Shown: positions 10,957-20,946, counted from the stretch's first letter. The stretch: DNA of 64,000 nt from an uncultured Actinomycetota bacterium (GCA_963718235.1 CAVQYR010000001.1:96001-160000), one strand, 5' to 3'. Numbers and translations: made by a program. The notes: generated by a model from the letters alone, not told the origin.

Positions 10957-11949
10957 ATGTCTGTTCGACGCACTGCAATGAACCCTGCTCTTCGCAACGG
11001 TCTTCTCTCCGGTGGAGCCATGCTTCTGGTCGGAGCGGTGGTGACCACCGGAACCGGTGTCGATGCATCAGCTGCCGAGCTGCCCACCGTCACGCTCACC
11101 GTCGACGGCTCGACGTCATCGGTCACGACGAGCGCCTCAACCGTCGACGAGCTGCTCGCCGACGAGAGAGTCGCAACCGACGCGAACGACGCAGTGTCAC
11201 CGGGGCCGTCGAGCCGAGTTTCCAACGGAATGAAGGTCGACGTCGTCACGCGGGTCGCCGTCAGGGTCAAGCGACAGGACAGCGTGGAACCACACCTCGT
11301 CAGCGCAGATACCGCGGGCCAGCTCATGAGCGAGCTGTCGCTTCCCACACGCAGCGCGACCGCTGCAGATGGCACCGCAGCCAGCTCTGCTGACGCAGTG
11401 GTCTGGTCCCGCACCGTCGTCCAGAGTCCCCGAGGACGACGGCTCACGCGCGACGACCGCCTCTCCGACGGAAGCATCGCCCATGTGCAGCGCGTGCGAG
11501 TCGTCACCGACAGCCGCCGCGAGCTGGTGAAGGCCCGAACGGTGCGTAAGCACACGCCCCTGCTGCACTCGGGCACCAAGAAGGTGCTGCAGTCCGGACG
11601 CGACGGACGTCGCTACGTCACGGTGCGCATGACCAGGATCGACGGAACGCTCGTCCGCCGCACCATTCTCCACAAGAAGGTGCTGCGCGACACCCGTCGT
11701 CACGTCATCGCCGTGGGCACCGGTCCCAACTGGCCGGCGCTTGCCCGCTGCGAGTCCGGGAACAACCCACGCGCGGTCAATCCGTCCGGCTTCTACGGCC
11801 TCTACCAGTTCAGCATCTCGACCTGGCAGGGCGTTGGTGGCTCGGGCAACCCGACCGACGCATCGCGGTGGGAGCAGACCAAGCGCGCCTGGATCCTGTA
11901 CCGACGCGCGGGAAGCAGCCCCTGGCCGGTCTGTGGGGCGAACCTGTAG
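10957..11949 (+). CDS. Resuscitation-promoting factor, RpfB-like (DUF348 / G5 / lytic transglycosylase)
   Basis: Signal or anchor sequence; DUF348-like VTLTVDG..TVDELL; G5-like GRDG..VIAVGT; Rpf domain WPALARCESGNN..GLYQF..TW..PWPVCG. Confidence 0.92.
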   Translation: MSVRRTAMNPALRNGLLSGGAMLLVGAVVTTGTGVDASAAELPTVTLTVDGSTSSVTTSASTVDELLADERVATDANDAVSPGPSSRVSNGMKVDVVTRVAVRVKRQDSVEPHLVSADTAGQLMSELSLPTRSATAADGTAASSADAVVWSRTVVQSPRGRRLTRDDRLSDGSIAHVQRVRVVTDSRRELVKARTVRKHTPLLHSGTKKVLQSGRDGRRYVTVRMTRIDGTLVRRTILHKKVLRDTRRHVIAVGTGPNWPALARCESGNNPRAVNPSGFYGLYQFSISTWQGVGGSGNPTDASRWEQTKRAWILYRRAGSSPWPVCGANL

Positions 11950-12008
11950 CAGGTGCGGGTCGCAAGACCCTCTGCTCCGGAGGCGGACACAGGGACAATG
12001 GCCACGCC

Positions 12009-12785
12009 ATGAGCTCCGCGGTCACGCCAACCGGTCGCCGGTGGACCCGAACGTACCTCCCGCCTCAGCACGGCGCGTGGGCGATGCTCGTCGTCCCCTA
12101 CGTCCTCGGGAGCGCTGCGTCGTCGTTCGGCTGGTGGTCGCTGCCGCTCCTGACCGGGTGGCTCTCCGCGTACCTCGTCAGCTACTACGCGTTCCAGGGT
12201 CTCAAGGCCCGGCGCTGGGGCCGATACCGAGCGCCGCTGCGGCTGTACGGCGCCGGGCTCGCCCTCTCGGCGGTACCCCTCGCCGTCTACCGACCGTGGG
12301 TGGTGACCTCGGTGGTGTTGTTCCTGCCCTTCACCGCAGTCAACGCCTGGTACGCCGAGCACCGACGGGACCGGTTCTGGCTCAACGGCGTGGCCTCGGT
12401 CACCCAGGCCTGCCTGATGGTGCCCGTGGCGTACGCCCTCGGTCTCGGTCTTCGCCTGGTCGACCTGGAGGGGGGCTCGGTCGACTGGTCGACACCCGCG
12501 CAGCTGTACGCCGTCGCATGGCTGTACTTCACCGGGACCGTGCTCTTCGTCAAGACGATGATTCGCGAGGCAGGTGATCCCACCTACTACCGGGGGTCAG
12601 TCGTCTTCCACCTGGTCGCACTCGTCCTGGCCGGCCTGATCGACGTCTGGCTCGTTGTGCCCTTCGCGCTCTACCTGCTGCGCGCGGTCGCCTTGCCGTA
12701 CCGGTCGCTCAGGCCGGCACAGGTCGGTGCGGTCGAGGTCGTGAACGCGACGCTGCTGGTCGTCGTCTCTCTCCTGGTCGTATGA
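12009..12785 (+). CDS. YwiC-like membrane protein
   Basis: LPPQHGAWAML N-terminal motif, FVKTMIRE, VGAVE; multiple TM helices. Confidence 0.85.
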   Translation: MSSAVTPTGRRWTRTYLPPQHGAWAMLVVPYVLGSAASSFGWWSLPLLTGWLSAYLVSYYAFQGLKARRWGRYRAPLRLYGAGLALSAVPLAVYRPWVVTSVVLFLPFTAVNAWYAEHRRDRFWLNGVASVTQACLMVPVAYALGLGLRLVDLEGGSVDWSTPAQLYAVAWLYFTGTVLFVKTMIREAGDPTYYRGSVVFHLVALVLAGLIDVWLVVPFALYLLRAVALPYRSLRPAQVGAVEVVNATLLVVVSLLVV

Positions 12786-12792
12786 GCCAGGA

Positions 12793-13143
12793 TCAGCCGT
12801 AGCCCAGCTCGTGGAGGCGGTCCTCCTCGATCCCGAAGTAGTGCGCGATCTCGTGCACGACGGTGATCCGCACCTCCTCGACCACCTGCTCCGGTGAGGA
12901 GCACATGCGCAGCACCGGTCCACGGAAGATCGTGATCCGGTCGGGCAGCACACCGGAGTAGTTCGTGTCCCGTTCGGTCAGGGGGATCCCTTCGTAGAGC
13001 CCCAGGAGCACACCTTGTGACGGGTGCGGCTCGTCCTCGACCAGGACGACCACGTTGTCGATCAGGTCGGCGAGCTGGGTCGGAATCCCGTCCAAGGCCT
13101 CGCCGACCAGCTCGTCGAAAGACTCGGGGGGCAAGGACAGCAC
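12793..13143 (-). CDS. Zincin-like metallopeptidase (DUF1025 family)
   Basis: LLGLYEGIPLTER, PDRITIFRGP, VVHEIAHYFG. Confidence 0.9.
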   Translation of the reverse strand: MLSLPPESFDELVGEALDGIPTQLADLIDNVVVLVEDEPHPSQGVLLGLYEGIPLTERDTNYSGVLPDRITIFRGPVLRMCSSPEQVVEEVRITVVHEIAHYFGIEEDRLHELGYG

Positions 13144-13225
13144 CCACCCATCCTGGGCCCTGCCTGGGCGCTTTGGAGGATCGTTTGGGCATCCCCTATG
13201 CTGAGCGGGCTTCCCGACGGAGCTA

Positions 13226-13298
13226 GCCCTCATCGTCTAGCGGCCCAGGACGCCGCCCTTTCAAGGCGGTAGCACGGGTTCGAATCCCGTTGGGGGCA
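13226..13298 (+). tRNA. tRNA-Glu(TTC)
   Basis: GCCCTCATCGTCTAGCGGCCCAGGACGCCGCCCTTTCAAGGCGGTAGCACGGGTTCGAATCCCGTTGGGGGCA. Confidence 0.96.
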
Positions 13299-13320
13299 CC
13301 TTTCGGAGGCAACTTCGCGA

Positions 13321-13395
13321 GGTCCCGTGGAGCAGTTTGGAGTGCTCGCCACCCTGTCAAGGTGGAGGCCGCGGGTTCAAATCCCGTCGGGACCG
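13321..13395 (+). tRNA. tRNA-Asp(GTC)
   Basis: GGTCCCGTGGAGCAGTTTGGAGTGCTCGCCACCCTGTCAAGGTGGAGGCCGCGGGTTCAAATCCCGTCGGGACCG. Confidence 0.96.
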
Positions 13396-13417
13396 CTCGA
13401 CCGGTTCGTCCGGTCAG

Positions 13418-13491
13418 GGGCAGGTAGCTCAGTTGGTACGAGCGTCCGGCTGAAAACCGGAAGGTCGGCGGTTCGACCCCGCCCCTGCCCA
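13418..13491 (+). tRNA. tRNA-Phe(GAA)
   Basis: GGGCAGGTAGCTCAGTTGGTACGAGCGTCCGGCTGAAAACCGGAAGGTCGGCGGTTCGACCCCGCCCCTGCCCA. Confidence 0.96.
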
Positions 13492-13494
13492 CCG

Positions 13495-13868
13495 TCACGA
13501 ACGTGCCGAGTCCTCTTCCTGGTACTGCTTCAGCAGCACCAGCTCGTCACCAGCCCTAGGGACCCTCGAGAACACCAACGCCGCCCCGAGGAGCACCGCC
13601 ACGATGCCGGCGGTGTAGGCCCACTGGTCGCCGGCCAGGAACGACTCCTTGGCCGCCTGGGCGATCTGGGCGGAGTACCGCGGGAACTGCTGCGTCGTGG
13701 CCTCTGCGCTCGCCAAGGACTTGGTCAGGGCGGCCTCGGTCGCCGAGGACACCTTGTCGGCGTCCGGTGAGGCGGCGATGGTGGCGCTGAACGCCGAGGC
13801 GTAGCCCGCGGCGAGCAGCGCGCCGAAGATCGACTGCATGATCGCCCGCCCAGGTCGCGCTGGAGGTC
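13495..13868 (-). pseudogene. Truncated C-terminal remnant of an MFS (DHA2-like) transporter with a frameshift
   Basis: DLQRDLGG in one frame, then AIMQSIFGALLAAGY...AKESFLAGDQWAYTAGIVAVLLGAALVF in another; the N-terminal TM helices are absent. Confidence 0.65.
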
Positions 13869-14081
13869 GCCCTCGGCTGGGCTGTCTTCGAGGCCACCGT
13901 TGCCTCCCGTCCGCGCTACCGATCGGAGTCGACACTCTTAGGACGGCAAAGATCCCGGCTCCCGACGGAGATGGTCCTGCTGGGAGGTAGGCAACCTGGC
14001 CGTTGTGTGGTTGCCTGTCGGCCGTCCCTTGGAACGACTCACGCTCACCGAACATGGCCCCTGTCGCGCCGAGGAGTACCG

Positions 14082-15761
14082 ATGAAGTTCATGCCGGAGT
14101 CGCTGCGCGGGTACCAGAAGTCTTGGCTGCGTGGTGACGTGGTGGCCGGAGTCACGTTGGCTGCGGTCGCCATCCCGGAGACCATGGGCTACGCGAGCAT
14201 CGCGCAGATGCCAGTCGTGACCGGTCTCTACACGGTCATCTTCCCCACGCTGGTCTTCGCCCTCCTGGGCGCGTCGAAGCTCCTCGTCGTCGGCGCCGAC
14301 TCGGCGACCGCAGCGCTGATGGCCGCGGGCCTGGCCGGGCTCGGCGTCGCCGGCCTCACCCCCGAGAGCTCGGAGTGGGTGGCATGGGCCGGGCTCGTAG
14401 CACTGGTTACCGGCGCCCTGCTCGTGCTGGCTCGGCTGCTCAAGCTCGGCTTCATCGGCGACTTCCTCAGTGCATCCGTGCTGATCGGCTTCCTCACCGG
14501 CGTCGGGGTCCAGGTACTGAGCGGGCAGATCCCGGGCATGCTCGGGGTCACCAAGGGCACCGGCAACTGGTTCGAGCAGCAGTGGACCTGGATCACCGAG
14601 ATCCCTGACGCCAACGGCTACACCGTCGGTTTCACCCTGCTGACTCTCGCCTGCATCTACGGCTTCAAGCGTTGGGTCCCGAAGATCCCCGGAGCCCTGG
14701 TGGCGATCATCTTGTCGATCATCATCTCCTCTGCCATCGACGCCAAGTCCGAAGGCGTGTCGGTGATCGGTGCGATCACCGGGGGGTTCCCCCCGATCGG
14801 GCTTCCCTCCGGTGTCACCCTGAGCGATGCAGCCAAGGTGCTGGCCCTCGCGATGTCCTGCTTGGTGCTGATCATCGCCCAGAGCGCAGCGACGTCGCGC
14901 AGCTTCGCCATGAAGCACGGCGAGAAGGTCGACGTGAACCGCGACATCATCGGCCTCAGCGGCGCCAACCTGGCTGCCGGACTGACCGGGACGTTCGTCG
15001 TCAACGGCAGCCCGACAAAGACCCAGATCCTCGACGAGGACCACGGGCGCACCCAGCTCGCCAACATCACGATGTCGGCGGTCGTTCTGCTGTTCGTACT
15101 GTTCTTCACGGGACTGCTGAAGAACATGCCCAGCGCCGTGCTCGCCGCGATCGTCTTCACGATCGGGGTCAGCCTGATCGATGCGTTGGGTCTGAAGGTG
15201 GTCCTGCGCGAGCGGCGCAGCGAGTTCGTGGTGGCCCTGATCACCGCGATCGTGGTGTGCGCGGTCGGCGTCGAGCAGGGGATCGTGCTTGCGATCATCT
15301 TGTCGATCATCGACCTGCTGCGCCGCCAATACAGCCCGAAGCGCTTCGTCGTCGGTGTGGAGAAGGACGGCATGCGCAACTACGAGGCAGCGGAGGCTGG
15401 TGCCCAGAGTGCCCCCGGCCTTCTGATCTTCCGGTACGACGCCGACCTGTTCTACGCCAACGCCAACCGGATGAGCGACGACGTCCAGCGGCTGATCCTC
15501 GCGGCACCGGACCCGGTCCGATGGCTGGTGCTTGACTGCTCGGTCACCAGCGACGCGGACTACTCGGCCGGTGTGGCTCTCAACGGCCTGGTGGACTTCG
15601 TCCACGAGCACGGCGCCGTCTTCTCGCTGGCCGCGGCCGACACGGATCTGGTCCACTCGCTGGAGGCCTACGGGGTGATCCAGCGGCTCGACCCGCAGCA
15701 TGTGTACCCGACCATGTCCGATGCCATCGAGGCGTTCCGCGCGACCACCCCGGCGGGCTGA
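14082..15761 (+). CDS. SulP-family anion transporter with STAS domain
   Basis: DVVAGVTLAAVAIPETMGYA, GFLTGVG, NRDIIGLSGANL; C-terminal STAS LFYANA..WLVLD. Confidence 0.93.
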   Translation: MKFMPESLRGYQKSWLRGDVVAGVTLAAVAIPETMGYASIAQMPVVTGLYTVIFPTLVFALLGASKLLVVGADSATAALMAAGLAGLGVAGLTPESSEWVAWAGLVALVTGALLVLARLLKLGFIGDFLSASVLIGFLTGVGVQVLSGQIPGMLGVTKGTGNWFEQQWTWITEIPDANGYTVGFTLLTLACIYGFKRWVPKIPGALVAIILSIIISSAIDAKSEGVSVIGAITGGFPPIGLPSGVTLSDAAKVLALAMSCLVLIIAQSAATSRSFAMKHGEKVDVNRDIIGLSGANLAAGLTGTFVVNGSPTKTQILDEDHGRTQLANITMSAVVLLFVLFFTGLLKNMPSAVLAAIVFTIGVSLIDALGLKVVLRERRSEFVVALITAIVVCAVGVEQGIVLAIILSIIDLLRRQYSPKRFVVGVEKDGMRNYEAAEAGAQSAPGLLIFRYDADLFYANANRMSDDVQRLILAAPDPVRWLVLDCSVTSDADYSAGVALNGLVDFVHEHGAVFSLAAADTDLVHSLEAYGVIQRLDPQHVYPTMSDAIEAFRATTPAG

Positions 15762-15814
15762 GCCGGTCCAGCACGAGCGTCCGAGCCGGTCCGACGCGAC
15801 CCTAGGATCGTCGG

Positions 15815-18073
15815 GTGCCGCAACCGCAGGTCCGAGCCGCCCTCCAGCCAGGGTCGCTGACCGAGGCGGCCCTGGGCCCCCGGCTCCGGGTCCCCCCGTT
15901 GCGGTCGGGTCACGTTCCACGCTCCGCACTCGTCGAACGGCTCCGCAGCGCGCCCGAGCGGATCGTCACCTTGTCGGCGCCGGCAGGCTACGGAAAGACC
16001 ACCCTCGCCAGCGAGTGGTCGGAGGCCGACCACCGGCCGTTCGTCTGGGTCACCGTCGACCAGTCCGACTCCGACCCCGCCCGGCTCGTCGCCGCGGTGC
16101 TCACCGGGCTGCGGCTCCTGGCCCCCTTCGACCCCGAGCTGCTGCCGCCGCCGCACAGCGGCGAGCCCCAGTTCTCGACGTCGGTGCTGCCCCGCCTCGC
16201 TGCGATCGTCGCCTCCATGCCGGTCCCTTTCGTGCTCGTCCTCGACGACGCCCACGAGCTGACCGGACCCGGGGCCGAGCGGGTCCTCCAGGTCATCTGT
16301 GCTGCAGGTGCCGCGGACTGCCGGCTGGCGCTGCTCACCCGCGGACCGGTGCCGATTCGCCGCTCGCGGGCCCGGGTGCACGGCGACCTGCTGGAGCTCG
16401 GTGCGGACCAGCTCGCCATGGACGCCCACGAGGCTGACCTGCTGCTTCGCGCGGCCGGCGTACAGGTGTCGGCAGCCGAGGTGGCACAGGTCGTCGACGT
16501 CACGGAGGGTTGGCCGGTCGGGATCTACCTGGCCGCCCGCTCCCGCACCGAGGTCGGACTCACTGCTCGACCACGTGGCGCGTTCGGGGGCGCCGACCGA
16601 CTCGTGGCCGAGTACCTGCACGACGAGGTGCTGGACGGCGCCGATCCAGCCACCCTGGCCTTCATGCGCGAGACGGCCGTGCTCGACGAGATGTGCGGCC
16701 CCCTGTGCGACGCCGTCACCGAGCGCCCGGGTGGCGGAGCGGTGCTGCAGCGACTGGAGCGGTCGAACCTGCTGGTGGTCCCGCTGGACCGCGAGGAGCG
16801 GTGGTACCGGTACCACCACCTGCTTCGGGAGCAGCTGCGCAGCGAGCTCGGGCGGCAGGCCCCCCAGCAGGTGGCCCAGCTGCACGCGCGGGCCAGTGTC
16901 TGGTTCGAAACGGTCGGCAACACCGACGCGGCCGTGGCCCACGCCCTGGCGGCCGACGACGTCGACCGGGCCGGGGAGCTGCTGTGGGGCGGCGCGGGGC
17001 TCGCCCTGGGCAGCGGACGCTCCGACCTGCTCCGCCGCTGGCGCGCCCACCTGAGTGACCAGCAGATCGGCCGGAGCGCTCGCCTGTGCGTCGTCGTGTC
17101 CTGGCTGTGCGCCTACGACGGCGACATCGATGCCCTGCAGCGATGGACGGCCATGGCCGAGCTGCGGGCCCGTCAGACCCGCGACCAGGCCCAGGTGCCG
17201 TCGCTCCTGCTGCTGCGTTCGCTGTCCGGCGCGCACGGGCTGGAGCAGATGCGACTCGACGCGGCGAAAGCCGCGCGCCTGCTACCCCCGGACGACGAGT
17301 GGCAGACCCTGGCCTTGTACCTGGAGGGCGCGGCTCTGTTCATGCAAGGAGACGCCGACTCGGGGAAGCGCGAGCTCCGGCGGTGCGTCTCGCTGGCCCG
17401 GGCCCTCGGAGTCCACCAGCTCGAGGCCCTGGCGCTCACCGAGCTGGGACTGCCGGCGGTGCTCGGTGGCGACGCGGCCACCGGACGCCCGTTCATCGAA
17501 CAGGCCCGCCAGCTCGTCGACGACCACCAGCTGGCCGAGATCGCCACGTCAGCACCGATCGTGGCTGCGTCAGCGCTGACCTGGGCCGAGAGCGGAAACG
17601 CGTCGCGGGCCACCCGGGAGCTGGCGCACGCCAGCCGGCTGACGGCCCTGATCACGGGCATCGCACCGTGGTTCGCCGTGCAGGGCCGGGTCGTCCTCGC
17701 CCGGACCAACCTGCTGCTCGGTCAGGTGCAGGAAGCCAACCAGTGGCTCGACGAGGCCGAGGACCTCGCCTCCGGGGTCGCCGACTCACCTGCGCTGACC
17801 GCCCTCCTCGACCGCGCCAGGAGTCTGGTGCGGTCCGCGGAGCCCTCGGGAGCCACCCAGCCGCTGACCACAGCGGAGCTGCGGGTGCTGCAGTTCCTCC
17901 CGACCCACCTGACCTTCCCGGAGATCGGTGAGCAGCTGCACCTGTCCCGTCACACGGTCAAGAGCCAGGCCCTGTCGGCCTACCGCAAGCTCGGGGTGAC
18001 CTCTCGTGGTGACGCTGTGGCAACGGCCACCGAGCACGGACTACTGCCCCGCGGGGCAGTCGCGACGGTCTGA
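15815..18073 (+). CDS. MalT-like LuxR-family transcriptional regulator (AAA + TPR + HTH)
   Basis: APAGYGKTT, LVLDDAH, TEGWPVG, WYRYHHL; C-terminal LTTAELRVL..EIGEQLHLSRHTVKSQ..YRKLGV. TAGGAT -10 lies 6 nt before the GTG. Confidence 0.92.
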   Translation: MPQPQVRAALQPGSLTEAALGPRLRVPPLRSGHVPRSALVERLRSAPERIVTLSAPAGYGKTTLASEWSEADHRPFVWVTVDQSDSDPARLVAAVLTGLRLLAPFDPELLPPPHSGEPQFSTSVLPRLAAIVASMPVPFVLVLDDAHELTGPGAERVLQVICAAGAADCRLALLTRGPVPIRRSRARVHGDLLELGADQLAMDAHEADLLLRAAGVQVSAAEVAQVVDVTEGWPVGIYLAARSRTEVGLTARPRGAFGGADRLVAEYLHDEVLDGADPATLAFMRETAVLDEMCGPLCDAVTERPGGGAVLQRLERSNLLVVPLDREERWYRYHHLLREQLRSELGRQAPQQVAQLHARASVWFETVGNTDAAVAHALAADDVDRAGELLWGGAGLALGSGRSDLLRRWRAHLSDQQIGRSARLCVVVSWLCAYDGDIDALQRWTAMAELRARQTRDQAQVPSLLLLRSLSGAHGLEQMRLDAAKAARLLPPDDEWQTLALYLEGAALFMQGDADSGKRELRRCVSLARALGVHQLEALALTELGLPAVLGGDAATGRPFIEQARQLVDDHQLAEIATSAPIVAASALTWAESGNASRATRELAHASRLTALITGIAPWFAVQGRVVLARTNLLLGQVQEANQWLDEAEDLASGVADSPALTALLDRARSLVRSAEPSGATQPLTTAELRVLQFLPTHLTFPEIGEQLHLSRHTVKSQALSAYRKLGVTSRGDAVATATEHGLLPRGAVATV

Positions 18074-18097
18074 CCCCACGCCCGAGGGCGAGGGGTC
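18072..18097. terminator. Hairpin between convergent genes (possible bidirectional terminator)
   Basis: GACCCC-A-CGCCC-GA-GGGCG-A-GGGGTC; no U-tract. Confidence 0.4.
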
Positions 18098-18118
18098 GAC
18101 TACCAGCCCGAGCCGGCC

Positions 18119-18826
18119 TCAGCGTCGGGGCAGGAGCCTTGCGTAGTAGACGCTCGACGTCCAGATCGGGTCGCGTCCGACAACGGTTCCGGGACGGGAG
18201 ACGTGGTAGACGTCGCCGTGACCGGCGTAGATGGCCGCGTGGTAGATGTCACCGCCGCTGTGGAAGAAGACCAGGTCGCCCGGGCGCGCCTGGCGCTTGC
18301 TGATCCGGTCGCCCTTGCGGTACTGGGACGTCGCCCGGTGCGGCAGTGACTTGCCCGTGGCCTTCTTGTACACGTACAGCGTGAGACCACTGCAGTCGAA
18401 GGCTCCGGGCCCAGCAGCGCCGTAGACGTAGGGGTCGCCGAACTGGCTGCGCGCCACCTTGATGATCCGGTGGTACTTGGCGTTCAGCGCCTTGCGCTGC
18501 TTGACCTGCAGCGCCTGCACCCGGTTCCACCGCTGCTGCAGGCCCTGCCACGTGCGCAGGTTGACCACGCCGGTGGTCGCGAGGCCGCGCTGGTGCTGGA
18601 ACCCCTTGACCGCCTTGCGGGTCCGTACGTCGTACGTGCCGGTGCGGGGCAGGTCGAGCACCCGCTGCACGAACGTCACGCGGGGCCCACTCTGGTGCAG
18701 GCCCAGGTTTGCGAACGCCTCGGCACCACTGGCCGACGCGGGTACCAGGCCGAGGATCAGCGGAAGGGTGATCAGGACGGTGACGATGGACGCCAGCGAG
18801 CGCCGGCGCGCGTGGGAACGCGACAT
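18119..18826 (-). CDS. Secreted NlpC/P60 peptidoglycan endopeptidase with PG-binding domain
   Basis: Signal peptide; AVKGFQHQRGLATTGVV (PG_binding_1); PYVYGAAGPGAFDCSGL, PGDLVFF, HAAIY. Confidence 0.93.
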   Translation of the reverse strand: MSRSHARRRSLASIVTVLITLPLILGLVPASASGAEAFANLGLHQSGPRVTFVQRVLDLPRTGTYDVRTRKAVKGFQHQRGLATTGVVNLRTWQGLQQRWNRVQALQVKQRKALNAKYHRIIKVARSQFGDPYVYGAAGPGAFDCSGLTLYVYKKATGKSLPHRATSQYRKGDRISKRQARPGDLVFFHSGGDIYHAAIYAGHGDVYHVSRPGTVVGRDPIWTSSVYYARLLPRR

Positions 18827-18837
18827 GTTTCCTCTCC

Positions 18838-19003
18838 GACGCCTGTGAGGTGAGCTGTCGGGTTCGGGCCAGAGAGTGCCCGGTGGCCATCGCGGTGATG
18901 GCTACTTCACCCCAAGGGCCGCGCCTTCGCGCGGCCCGATGTGGTTCCCCCACTCCTGCTCGTGACAGATAACGACCCAGGCCGCGGAGCAGGACTCGGC
19001 GTC
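18838..19003 (-). ncRNA. c-di-AMP (ydaO/yuaA) riboswitch
   Basis: Minus strand reads GCCGAGTCCTG...CAGGAGTGGGGGAACCA...TTGGGGTGAAG...CCGAACCCGACAGCTCACCTCACAGGCG, directly upstream of the NlpC/P60 RBS; this is the canonical context. Confidence 0.92.
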
Positions 19004-19100
19004 ACGACCTGGAACCTCCCCGGTTGGGAAGATCACGGAACAGTAACCGAAGGCCGGCCGCTTGGGAAATAGGCCGATCGGTGGTTCGACTACCGGTCGG

Positions 19101-19427
19101 TCACGGCGCGGTGACCGGAGGAGCGCCCGGCTCGACGCCCGGTGCCCCTCGGTAGGTGCGCCCAGCCCTGCCGGGCGCCGCCTCGGGTCGGGAGCCCTTC
19201 CCCTTGGGCGGGCCCGCGGGGGGAACCCGGCCCTCGCCCTCGAGCAGAGCCAGCACCTCCGACTCACGGAACCGCCGGTGCCCGCCCAAGGTCCGCACGG
19301 CCGAGAGCTTTCCGGCCTTCGCCCACCGGGTGACCGTCTTGGGGTCGACCCGGAACATCGCGGCGACTTCGGAGGGCGTGAGCAGCGGTTCGGGGACCGG
19401 CGGCGGCGTCGAGCCGAGGGTCCCCAT
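19101..19427 (-). CDS. bldC: BldC-family MerR-like DNA-binding protein
   Basis: [48 protein letters not shown]; usual synteny with Leu/Val dehydrogenase, DUF3073 and purM. Confidence 0.9.
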   Translation of the reverse strand: MGTLGSTPPPVPEPLLTPSEVAAMFRVDPKTVTRWAKAGKLSAVRTLGGHRRFRESEVLALLEGEGRVPPAGPPKGKGSRPEAAPGRAGRTYRGAPGVEPGAPPVTAP

Positions 19428-19437
19428 GGGGACAGGC

Positions 19438-19467
19438 TGTCCGATGTCCTAGATGTCCGAAATAGCC
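19438..19467. promoter_or_regulatory. Short direct repeats upstream of bldC (candidate autoregulatory site)
   Basis: TGTCC at 19438, 19445 and 19454 and TAGCC at 19463; the last three are 9 nt apart. Confidence 0.35.
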
Positions 19468-19532
19468 CATCCGAACCATTCCTCCGCCCATCGGGCCGGT
19501 CGAGCGGGCCGTCGGCCGGTAGGTTTCCGGCC

Positions 19533-20591
19533 ATGGCCGTCTTCGGGCAGGGGCACGAACAGGTCGTCTTCTGCTCCGACCCCACCTCGGGACTGCGCGC
19601 CATCGTCGCCCTCCACTCCACCGCGCTGGGGCCGGCTCTGGGCGGCACCCGCTGTCGGGACTACCCCGACGAGGCTGCCGCGCTGGACGACGTCCTGGCC
19701 CTGTCCAAGGCGATGACCTACAAGAACGCCCTGGCCGGGCTCGACCACGGCGGCGGCAAGGCAGTGATCCTCGGTGCACCCGGCCGGGCCAAGACCGAGG
19801 CCAGCCTGCGGGCCTACGGCCGGTTCGTCGAGGCCCTGTCCGGCCGCTACATCACCGCCTGCGACGTCGGCACCAGCGTGGCGGACATGGACGTCGTCGC
19901 CCGGGAGACCCGCTACGCCACCGGGAGGTCGCCCGCCCACGGCGGGGCCGGTGACTCCGGGATCCTGACCGCCTACGGGGTGTTCCACGGCATGCGAGCG
20001 TGCGCGACGCACCGCTGGGGCACCGACCTGCTCGAGGGCCGGCGGGTGGGCGTGCTGGGCATCGGCAAGGTCGGGCGTCGACTCGTCGGACACCTGGTCG
20101 ACGCGGGGGCCGACGTGGTGGTCGTCGACCCCGACGCCGAGGCGGTGGAGCGGCTGCGCGCGCGGCACCCGACGATCACCGTGGCCGCGGTCGCCGCCGA
20201 CCTGGTGACCGCCGACCTCGACATCTACTCACCGAACGCCCTGGGCGGGGCGGTGGACCCGCACGTGGCCGAACGCCTGGTCGCGCCGGTCGTGTGCGGA
20301 GGCGCGAACAACCAGCTGACCGATCCGGGCGTGGCCGAGACCCTGGCCGCCCGAGGCGTGCTGTACGCCCCTGACTACCTGGTCAACGCCGGCGGCGTGA
20401 TCCAGGTGGCCGACGAGCTCGAGGGGTACTCAGAGCCGCGGGCCCGCGCCCGGGTCGAGCAGATCTACTACACCGTGCTCGCCGTGCTCGAACGGGCGGC
20501 CGTCGAAGGGGTGACCCCCGAGGCGGCCGCGGGCCGCCGGGCCGAGGAGCGGATCGCCGCCGTCGGGAGGTTCCGGGGCGCGCTGGGCTGA
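19533..20591 (+). CDS. Glu/Leu/Phe/Val dehydrogenase (valine/leucine dehydrogenase)
   Basis: [54 protein letters not shown]. Confidence 0.92.
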   Translation: MAVFGQGHEQVVFCSDPTSGLRAIVALHSTALGPALGGTRCRDYPDEAAALDDVLALSKAMTYKNALAGLDHGGGKAVILGAPGRAKTEASLRAYGRFVEALSGRYITACDVGTSVADMDVVARETRYATGRSPAHGGAGDSGILTAYGVFHGMRACATHRWGTDLLEGRRVGVLGIGKVGRRLVGHLVDAGADVVVVDPDAEAVERLRARHPTITVAAVAADLVTADLDIYSPNALGGAVDPHVAERLVAPVVCGGANNQLTDPGVAETLAARGVLYAPDYLVNAGGVIQVADELEGYSEPRARARVEQIYYTVLAVLERAAVEGVTPEAAAGRRAEERIAAVGRFRGALG

Positions 20592-20736
20592 CCCGCGGGA
20601 CCGAGTCCTCGCGACTGACTGCACGATCAGGGCCTTCATCGTCTACGCTGGGGGTCGACTGTCGCCGGTCCCCACCGTGCGTCAGTCGTACCGAGCATCC
20701 GAACCCGGGGCCACCGCCCCGTCGAGGGGGTCCGCC

Positions 20737-20946
20737 ATGGGTCGCGGCCGGGCGAAGGCCAAGCAGACCAAGGTCGCACGCGAGCTGAAGTACTCCAGCG
20801 GCGCGCTCGACATCAACGCGCTCACCGCCGAGCTGAGCAGCTCAGGACACGAGCCTGGCCCCGACCACGGGTCCCGGCCCTCCGGTGCGAACGACGTCGA
20901 CTACGCCGACGACGAGACGTACGACACCGACCAACCCCGGCACTGA
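20737..20946 (+). CDS. DUF3073 family protein
   Basis: MGRGRAKAKQTKVARELKYS signature. Confidence 0.92.
   Translation: MGRGRAKAKQTKVARELKYSSGALDINALTAELSSSGHEPGPDHGSRPSGANDVDYADDETYDTDQPRH

Noticed and set aside
13938-15929. Long antisense or alternate-frame ORFs (for example 663 aa here, 34220-36175, 57377-59377, 22244-23821)
   Set aside because: Shadow ORFs typical of high-GC DNA; Arg/Gly/Pro-rich, with no motifs, overlapping well-supported genes.
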